From: Octopus vulgaris
Lineage: Eukaryota
Assembly: GCA_951406725.2 (NCBI GenBank)
Contig: OX597814.1
Coordinates: 162,750,001-162,814,000 of the forward strand
Length of the DNA stretch: 64,000 bases
Reading direction: 5' to 3'
The number at the start of each line of letters is the position of its first letter. Position 1 is the stretch's first letter. The position numbers and the translations under genes were made by a program. The notes under the pieces are model-generated. The model worked only from the letters and a program-made list of their open reading frames with translations, ran no database searches and had not been told where the DNA came from. This document shows, piece by piece, positions 54,674-64,000 of this stretch.

Positions 54674-55217
54674 CAACAGAGAGAGAAAGGTCCACTTAAT
54701 AATTGCCAGGAACTTAATCTGTTATCCCCTGAAGAATGAAATGCAAAGTCGAGCTTCGGTGATTTTTGAACCCAGAAGTCAAGTAACCAAAACAAGTATC
54801 GTATTTCAGCAGCTCATATTCAAGAAAACCGTTGTAATGCATAAAAGCTTATGGGAGGCCCAACATATTGGTGTGGATCCAGTCTTTAAAGCCAACTAAT
54901 TTTCATTAGTTAACGTTAAAGACCAGATTCACAGCGATCTGTATTATCAATATTGACTGATTCTTTTGGGACTTATTTCATCTTCCTTGTAGTCATGAGA
55001 TTTTCACCACTCCAATGGGGACTTTTTATTTAGTAATTGCATGGATAATCTCAAAAGAAATTCTTTAATTCCCTATATCGTATATGCGAGACGTTAACGC
55101 AGTGCTTTTCAAATTTTTAAACTGTTGTTATCTTTCTTTTGTTAATACTTTTAACCCCACCCCCTTGCTACAGTTGAACACAATTGTATGCATCACACAC
55201 ATATACATATCTCTCTT

Positions 55218-55594
55218 TTTCTCTTTTTACTTGTTTCAGTCATTTTGACTGCGGCCATGCTGGAGCACCGCCTTTAATCGAGCTACTCGACCCCGGGACT
55301 TATTCTTTGTAAGCCTAGTACTTATTCTATCGGTCTCTTTTGCCGAACCGCTAAGTGACGGGGACATAAACACACCAGCATCGGTTGTCAAGCAATGCTA
55401 GGAGGACAAACACAGACACACACATATATACGACGGGCTTCTTTCAGCTTCCGTCTACCAAATCCACTCACAAGGCTTTGGTCGGCCCGAGGCTATAGTA
55501 GAAGACACTTGCCCAAGGTGCTACGCAGTCGGACTGAACCCGGAACCATGTGGTTGGTAAACAAGCTACTTACCACACAGCCACTCCTGCGCCT
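55218..55594 (-). mobile_element. SINE family B, near consensus
   Basis: Full-length reverse-complement copy. Confidence 0.9.
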
Positions 55595-56410
55595 ATATAT
55601 GTATATATGCATATACATATATGTACAACTAAGTCAGGTACTTGCCTAATACTACGAGTGCAATGACTGCCTTTGTTGCATGTATGAAAATGCTTATAAG
55701 TGTTAACAATGTTTTTAAAATTATACTTTGATTTATAATTTATATGGATAAGTAGACTATATCCAATTTCTTTCATTCATTTACATGTAGGCGTCTATTA
55801 TTATCGTTGGTGCTGCCGTAGTTATTGTTATAGTCGTTCTTGTAACTGATTTTTATTTAAAAAAATTATCATAATATTACATTAATATTTTTTAAGTATT
55901 AATATTGAAATAGGAGATAAAGATTAAAATTTTTTCAGGTGCATCTATCGCCCCATCTACTACTCCTGTTTTCCCTGTACTCATATGAAATCCCCCCTCC
56001 CTCTGGGAATGGTACCGTTCATTTTCAGAAGCAATGTCTTAACGTATTAGCATTTAATAAGCAAACGCCCCTCTCCCATAGTGTCAGCCATATTCTTGAG
56101 ATTTTGATTATCTCTATTTATATTCTCTTTAAATTGGACCATATTCTTTTATGTGAGATTATTCGAGCAGTCCCAAAGTGGCACATCTGGAACGTCAATG
56201 ACGTTCCAGATGTGTCACTCCAATACATTTTGTAGATGTAGTACATTCAAGGTTACGTTATTCAGTATCTCTTTTCGTCTTAAAGACGGATGTGGTTTAA
56301 GGGAGATTTTGCTGATATTCCCTGAATATCAAACAATCCTATAGTGTCTCCTAACTTGGCCCTATATACTTTATTTTAATGATAAATAATGTTAAACCAA
56401 TAAAAGCCGA

Positions 56411-56611
56411 GGAGACACATATTAGTCATGCAAAAATACTGAAACGATTAACATTACATAAACATTTATTATTTGGTGTTGAAATTTTCGTCGCACCATC
56501 TGTAACCTTGCCACTGACACAGTTCCAACGCGATGAAATTTTTTGACACCAAATAATAAATGTTTACGTGGAGTTAAGTCTGCATGTTTTTGAATGGCTA
56601 ATATATCTTCC
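56411..56611. repeat. Imperfect inverted repeat (MITE-like hairpin)
   Basis: A perfect 21-bp core TAAACATTTATTATTTGGTGT/ACACCAAATAATAAATGTTTA extends imperfectly on both sides. Confidence 0.7.
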
Positions 56612-57195
56612 ACATTGTGATTGTTTCTTTCAGCACATGATTTCATATCAAATCATTTGCTGGACAAGTACAACCCCGATAGATTATTTGAAAATAGCTT
56701 CTTATTTGTTGTTGTTCAAGATACAATTAAACCACAACAGAACACATATGTGATTAAAAACCTTCCAACAATGTTCATCCAATGATTTTAAGTGAATCTA
56801 GGAGTACATTATCCAGTGTCACTTTTCTTTTTATAAGATAACTGAGCGTGTTCGAGGGAAATTTGACTGCTATTTTTAGCTGGCCGAGTGACCACGTAAA
56901 CACTCTTTCGTTGAGTCGCATCCATAATTCTATATACTGCTGTCATAACACCTTTATCAGTGATTTATTTTCCAACGGAGGCCATGTTTCCATTCATTGT
57001 CAATATTAGTATGTTACTGTTATTTACTTTATCGATTCCCTCTCTACTTTCACTGATACATGAATGGCAGATGCGACCATATTTTTTAACACAACACAAC
57101 AGAAAATTATTGAAGTAGTTTGCAGTAGAGTATTTAGTAGGACACTTTACAATCATGGCCAACTCCACCACTACCACTACCTGTATACACACACT

Positions 57196-57303
57196 AGCTG
57201 GCAGAGTCGTTAGCACGCCGGGCGATATGCTTAACGACATTTCGTCCGTCTTTACGTCTGAGTTCAAATTCCGCCGAGGTTGACTTCGCCTTTCATCCTT
57301 TCA
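57196..57303 (+). mobile_element. 3'-truncated SINE family A
   Basis: Head and B box up to GCCTTTCATCCTTTC. Confidence 0.85.
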
Positions 57304-57314
57304 GATTGTTAATA

Positions 57315-58135
57315 TCCAGATGGTTGTACAACTCTTCCGCCAATACACCGGTCATAAGTTTCCACATTAGTGGTTTACCTGCTTTTTCGTAATCTAGCGA
57401 TGCGACATTCAGTCCCGTCAATCAGCGTCATTTTATCAAGTAAGTGATCTTTTGTTGCTCTTCTTTGTTGCCTGCATCCTTTCTGTTCTGGAAGTAGATT
57501 GCTGCTTTCCAGATGGTTGTACAACTTTTCCACCAAGACACCGGTCATAAGTTTCCACATTAGTGGTAAACAGGTTATAGGTCGAAAAATTGATGCCAAG
57601 TTACCTTTCAAGGGATCCTTGAGGCATAGCAGCGTTCGTCCGTTTGTCATCCAGGCAGGGACGTGACCTTGCTGCAGGCAGTCATCCAGTTGCGCAATGA
57701 CCCTTTCATGCAACCGTGTACAGTTCTTCCTCCAATAGCCTTGTACTCCACCCGGGCCTGGTCTTTTTCAATTTGCAATTCTTTTAAACTTCTGTCTCAT
57801 TGTATATAGATTAATTCTGATGTACTTTTCTCTTGGTACAGTTGCAAGTTATCTTTCTACCTTTGTTAGCCATTCCGCCGCGCTTTCTTTTTGTCTCACC
57901 GTCCTGTTCCACGGCTTTCCCCAAAATTCTTTACCTTCTTCCGCAACTGGAATAAGTTCCTGGTGTTGGCCTCCCTCTGTTTCCTCAAATAGACGCCTTC
58001 TATTTGATTGGAACAATCTATTCTGTTCGAAACCTTTGCCTCTAGCATCATATCTTTTTAATTTCCCTTTTAATGCAGTCACCTTTTGAGCCAGTTCTTC
58101 ATGTATTGTTTGTTTTCCTCTTTCTAACTTGTACT
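57315..58135 (-). mobile_element. R4/Dong-like LINE, RT N-terminal fragment
   Basis: RYDARGKGFEQNRLFQSNRRRLF and PAWMTNGRTLLCLKDP...FRPITCLPLMWKLMTGV...EQKGC. Confidence 0.85.
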
Positions 58136-58149
58136 GTCAATGCCTCTTC

Positions 58150-58300
58150 ATTTTATTATTATTATTAAATGCTTTCCTTGCACTATCGAGCGCAGCTCTG
58201 TGTGCCTTGGGTATGTGCTGTGGTTTGTTTAAGTGTTCTTATTTTTACTGTCCTGAAAGTCTTTTACGTAAGATGTGTGCGGTGCCTAGCAGTGCTATTA

Positions 58301-58346
<46 letters not shown>

Positions 58347-59255
58347 CAGGTCCTGATATGTTGGTTATCTGTTCGCCTGTATGTTTCTAACCATGCTTAA
58401 TGCACCTATTATTACCGGGATTATGTTTGCCTTTAAGCCCCACATTCGGGTTATCTCTATTTTTTAGATCTTTGTATTTCGAGTGTTTCTTTGTTTCTTT
58501 TAGAGTCATCTGTTGGGATTGATACGTTGATTAGAAAGCACTTTTTACTTGGTGGTCCCTGACAATAATATCTTACTTATTAGCTTTGTTCTCTCTATTT
58601 CTGTCCTTTATCATATCGCAGTGTATGGTTGCTTTGCCATTTTCTGAGAGCCTTTCTAGGGTATACCTATAGCATCTTTTCCTGTTGTCATTCCGTAGTG
58701 CTAGCACAGCTACCAGTGTATACAAGTCCCAGTTCTGTCTGTGGATACATTTCTTCTTTGCCAGAACTGAGCACCCAGAAACAATATGATTTATTGTTTC
58801 TTTTCAATCACCACATATTCTGCAGTTACTTATTGCATTCTTCTTCATTATACATTTTTGGGGGTGATTTCTAGCGGGGAGACTTTGATCTTATGCTGCT
58901 GTTAAAAACACTTCGGTCTCTGCTTTGAGACCCGAATTTCTCAACCAACATTGAGAATTTATATTATTTATTTCTTTTCTGTTTACCTTATCCCAGTATT
59001 TGCCATACAAGGGCTTTTCTTGACATCGCTTTATCATCGTATTGTGTAGTTCCAGTTTTAGTTTAGATTTTAGTTGCTTTGCCTCTTTTTCTTCAGTTTT
59101 CAAGTATTGTGAGCTTTTCCTAGTATTTTTCGGCTTCCTTGAAGACATGAAATACTTTATGTTTTGCTCTATGGCGGTGGTGATGGTGGTAGTGGTCATA
59201 TGTTGGTGGTTTCAGAGTGACACTCAGTTCTTTGGCCAGTCTATAACTACTGCTG
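58150..59255 (-). mobile_element. Older decayed R4/Dong-like 3' fragment
   Basis: Collinear with 27984-29097 (EKPLYGKY...SQCWLRNSGLKAETE and the same 3' UTR CGAGCGCAGCTCTGTGTGCCTTGGGTATGTGCTG). Confidence 0.85.
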
Positions 59256-59267
59256 ATTAATAAAAAG

Positions 59268-59349
<82 letters not shown>

Positions 59350-59361
59350 GTGTGTATATAC

Positions 59362-59407
<46 letters not shown>

Positions 59408-59420
59408 ATATACATATAGA

Positions 59421-59470
<50 letters not shown>

Positions 59471-59472
59471 GA

Positions 59473-59524
<52 letters not shown>

Positions 59525-59526
<2 letters not shown>

Positions 59527-59850
59527 AATCTTTTGTGCCCATTATTTTTATGAGCTTGTTAAACTTTTTTATATTCTCAACATGCTCTTGTCACCAAAGA
59601 ATGTATATTTATATGGATTATAGTACTCTGTGTCAACCAATATTCTGTGCATGTTTGAATATACAGATACAATACCAATATCAATTCCTTCTGGAAACTA
59701 TTTTAAGCATGTCCTTGAGAACGATTATTTATGTAGTAATCTTTTGTGCCCAATATTTTAAGGAACTTGTTGAACTTTTTTATGTCCCTAACATGTCCCT
59801 GTTACCAAAGACTGTATATATGTAATGTAGCAATTTGTAACAACCAATAA
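59525..59850 (+). repeat. Diverged direct repeat (~210-bp period) leading into the palindrome
   Basis: GTAATCTTTTGTGCCC...ACCAAAGA.TGTATAT occurs at ~59525 and ~59736. Confidence 0.75.
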
Positions 59851-60119
59851 TTAACGCAACCAAACTTCTACATGTTACTTTTGACAATCTTTTCCCAAAG
59901 AGTGAAACCGGTAAAGTAAATAAACATCTTTTAAATTGCATTTTCAAACCTTCTTTCGTATATATATATATATACGAAAGAAGGTTTGAAAATGCAATTT
60001 AAAAGATGTTTATTTACTTTACCGGTTTCACTCTTTGGGAAAAGATTGTCAAAAAGTAACATGTAGAAGTTTGGTTGCGTTAATTATTGGTTGTTACAAA
60101 TTGCTACATTACATATATA
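59815..60119. repeat. Near-perfect 305-bp palindrome centred on (TA)8, with degenerate hammerheads in both arms
   Basis: The arms differ only by a 1-nt homopolymer indel as far as I can read. 59876-59918 reads TACTT-TTGACAA-TCTTT tccc AAAGA-gt-GAAA CCGG TA/AAGTA. Confidence 0.92.
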
Positions 60120-60131
60120 TTTAAAATCAAT

Positions 60132-60250
<119 letters not shown>

Positions 60251-61836
60251 ATGTACATTCGCACGCAGAATGGAACTGAGTTAGTGCTTATTTCAAATAA
60301 CTATTTTTTTGTGAAGAGATGCCTGATGCATAAATTACTTGCGTTCCACTACAGTATTAGTTATTAATAAATATGCATACAGAGTCCTATGTACATTTAC
60401 CTAGGTTTGGTGTGAAATTGAGCCCACAGTTCATTTTGGCAGTATGGATGTATAATCTAACTACCCAGTTTCGCCCTTGTTAAAGCTCTTCAAGATCTGC
60501 TTGCTTCTGTCATCTCAGCTACTGAAAGACAGCAGCGGAAAAAGTTCCTCCTTTTCGGACTCTAGAGATAGACAAGTATGTTCGCAGCTATGCCTACTGG
60601 TTTTCTTATATTCAAAAATAGACTTACTTCACTCTGATATAATAAAGACAAGTTTATCTCTTGATAAATACACACACACGCACACACACACACACACACA
60701 CATTAATCCATCCCCCACACACACCTTCACACACATACACACATGTATGCACACACAAGCAAGTATCATTTAACATGCGTGGAAATGAATTTAACAGATG
60801 AGAAAAACCATTTATCCATCCATATACAAATAGCAGCGTAGCTCTTTTAGTTGAATACTACGATAATTTCAGACTTACCTAATAAACATTAGAGATAAGC
60901 GAAATTAGATACTAAGGGCAAGCTGTGATTGAACTTGATGCCACTGCTCTGGGGACTATTATCTTGATAATAGATGACATTGATCCCCTTAGTAATGTAT
61001 TTATTTCTTTATTAAGATACATACAGATATTTCTGCTTCAAGGTAGCGTGTTTACATATATACATATATATGTGCATGCATGCATCCCTCCCTTCCTCCA
61101 TCTATCCATCCATCCGTCATTCCGTCCCTCCCTCCATCCCTCCATTCATCCATCTATCCCTCCATACCTCCATCCCTCCATCCATTCATCTATATATACA
61201 TGCATGCAGGTATAAATACATATATATATATATATATATACGTATATCTATACATATATTTATACATATAGATATTGGTAAAATATGCATATACATAACT
61301 GTACGTACATCAACATACTCACGCACATACACTTACCTACGTACGAACATCCAAAATGAATGCAAAAATGTACACACATGTACCTCTCTACTTACATGCA
61401 TATATACATACAAATATACAAACACACATCACTCACGCGCTCACACATACACACATCAGATTGGATAACGATATACTCAGGTTTTCCCAGCACATTTGCA
61501 AAATAAATTAATAAGAAAAAAGATAAATAAATAAAGATATAAAATGCAGGTCAAATGAAGGAGACCAAGTCGGTATGTTTTTATTTAAACTTTGAAATTA
61601 ATGATTTAATTGATTTTAAATGTAGGTTGATGGGTGAAGCCGATTTAGCGACATTTAGTCGTTGCTTTAAAGCTCTCGGTTCAAATCTCATCGAAGTGCT
61701 CTTTACGTTTCGTCTTTCTCATGATGATATGATATTTTGCATAGCATGTAATTGATACGCGACTATTTATTGTTTAAATTATACCATGTATGTATGCATA
61801 TATGCATGTTGTATGTTCTGACAGAGGTCACCACTC

Positions 61837-61884
<48 letters not shown>

Positions 61885-61886
<2 letters not shown>

Positions 61887-62330
61887 CCGATACACACAGA
61901 TAGAGAAATTAAGGCCAACAGACCAGATATAGTTGTCAGAGATCATGAAGAAAAAAAATGCTTTCTAATTGATGTATACCGGCAGATGACAACGTGTCTC
62001 TAAAAGAAATGGAGAAACTCTCAAAATACAAAGACCTGGAAATAGAGGTAACTAGAATGTGGAATCTGAAGACAGAAACAATTCCTATCATAGTAGGTGC
62101 ATTAGGCATGATAAAAAAATATTCAGACAAATACATAACAAAAACACCAGGACTTAAAAACACATATAACATACAGAAAATTGCACTACTAGGTACTGCA
62201 CACATCCTACGCAGAACACTTTCCATACAATAACCATCAGAGCATCACAACAAATCACAGCACATACCCAAGGCACACAGAGCTGCGCTCGGCAGTGAAG
62301 TGAAAGCAAGCTATAAAAATAAAACTACTG
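61885..62330 (+). mobile_element. 5'-truncated R4/Dong-like LINE in (TAA)n
   Basis: Nearly identical to the 3' part of 27984-29097, with a 4-nt deletion near 61977. (TAA)n on both flanks. Confidence 0.92.
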
Positions 62331-62355
62331 AATAATAATAATGATAATAATAATG

Positions 62356-62967
62356 GCTTCAAATTTTGCCACAAGGGCAGCCATTTTTATGGGAAGGGAT
62401 GTGGCGATTACATCGACGCTCAGTATTAAACTGGTACTTAATCAACCTCCAAAGTATGAAAGGCAAAATGTCGACTTCGGCGGAATTTGAACTTAGAGCA
62501 TAAAGACAGACAAAATACCACTAAGCATTTCGCCCGACGTGCTAACGATTCTTATTTCTTTATTGCCCACAAGGGGCTAAACATAGAGGGGACAAACAAG
62601 GACAGACAAAGGGATTAAGTCGATTACATCGACCCCAGTGCGTAACTGGTACTTAATTTATCGACCCGAAAGGATGAAAGGCAAAGTCGATCTTGGCGGA
62701 ATTTGAACTCAGAGCGTAATGGCAGACGAAATACCTATTTGTTTACTACCCACAGGGGGTTAAAAACAGAGAGGACAAACAAGGACGGACAAACGGGTTA
62801 AGTAGATTATATCGACCCCAGTGCATAACTTGGTACTTATTTAATCGACCCCGAAAGGATGAAAGGCAAAAGTCGACCTCGGCGGAATCTAAACTCAGAA
62901 CGTAACGGCAGACGAAATACCGCTAAGTATTTCGCCCTCTGTGCTAACGTTTCTGCCAGCTCGCCGC
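62356..62967 (-). mobile_element. Head-to-tail multimer of SINE family A (~3 units, ~183-bp period)
   Basis: The CGACCCCAGTG...GAAAGGCAAAGTCGA...GGCGGAATTTGAACTC block repeats; only the right-most unit has the full 5' head. Confidence 0.88.
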
Positions 62968-63104
62968 ATTCTTAATAATAAAAACGATTTAAACAACAAA
63001 ATACAGTATAGAACCATTAAAAAAAGTGAAACATGCAGCGCTCCAAAAACACACCGCCACAGCTATGGTGACAACACAACAACAACAACAACAATAATAA
63101 TAAG

Positions 63105-63520
63105 TGTAATAGATGTAAATGTTCCTATTGATAAAAATATATCTGTAAAGGAATTTGACAAACTAAGTAAATATAAGGACCTGGAAATTGAAATACAAAA
63201 GATGTGGCATCTTAAAACGAGAACTGTTCCCGTTATTGTGGACACCCTAGGTATGACGAGAAAGGGATATCAGAAACATCTAGATAGTATCCCAGGAGGT
63301 CCATGTCTCAGAGAAATAAAAAAAATTGTGTTGACAAGTACCGCCCACTTCCTTAGAAAAACCCTATCACTATATATATACATAAATATATTTCGCTACT
63401 GCCCCTGCCACTTCTCCTACACAAGATTTCTGTCATACTGTAGCATCTCTTATCCTTCACTCATCCTAGGACGCTGGGTGTGTCTCGGCGAGTGATTGTA
63501 ACGAATATGCAGATTAAAAG
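63105..63520 (+). mobile_element. 3' end of a second R4/Dong-like subfamily
   Basis: VIDVNVPIDKNISVKEFDKLSKYKDLEIEIQKMWHLKTRTVPVIV..LG, preceded by (CAA)/(TAA) repeats. Confidence 0.85.
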
Positions 63521-63525
63521 TAAAG

Positions 63526-64000
63526 GTTTGGGGGAAGAGACTAGTCGATTACATCGATCCCAGTATTTCATTGGTACTTAATTTATTAACCCCGAAAGGA
63601 TGAAAAGCAAAGTCGCCCTGGGAGGAATTTGAACTCTGAATGTAGCGACGGGCGAAATTTCTTTACAACCCACGAGAGGCTAAACACAGAGAGGAAAAAC
63701 AAGGACAGACAAACGGATTAAGTCGATTACATCAACCCCAGTGCGTAACTGGTACTTAATTTATCGACCCCAAAAGGATGAAAGGCAAAGTCGACCTCGG
63801 CGGAATTTGAACTCAGAACGTAGCGGCAGACGAAATACCTATTTCTTTACTACCCACAAGGGGATAAACACAGAGAGGACAAACAAGGCCAGACAAACGA
63901 ATTAAGTCGATTAGATCGACCCCAGTGCGTAATTTGTACTTAATTTATCGATCCTGAAAGGATGAAAGGCAAAGTCGACACGGCGGAATTTGAACTCAGA
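63526..64000 (-). mobile_element. Head-to-tail multimer of SINE family A running off the window
   Basis: GTCGATTA.ATC.A.CCCAGT at ~63544, ~63722 and ~63906. Confidence 0.88.

Noticed and set aside
60469-60660. Possible exon or 98-aa ORF
   Set aside because: Weak splice signals and no recognisable protein similarity.

Overview
AT-rich, repeat-saturated eukaryotic DNA with no intact protein-coding gene that I can support. Most of the supplied ORFs are translations of (TA)n, (CA)n, (TATG)n or trinucleotide microsatellites. The microsatellite density and the SINE/LINE families look like an Octopus (cephalopod) genome; this is inference, not a database result. Recognisable content: several tRNA-derived SINE families in many copies, decayed LINEs (RTE, R4/Dong-like, HERO-like, Tx1-like), one internally deleted Ty3/Gypsy LTR element with both LTRs, PBS and PPT, and a mariner-type MITE. 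The most interesting signal is not covered by the ORF track: a recurring set of type I hammerhead ribozyme (HHR) motifs from at least five sequence-unrelated families. They occur in a ~323-bp tandem dimer (retrozyme-like), in long near-perfect palindromes or inverted repeats that put a ribozyme on both strands, and downstream of a Penelope GIY-YIG endonuclease remnant. All folds were made by eye and none has been tested. Repeat boundaries are approximate unless stated otherwise.
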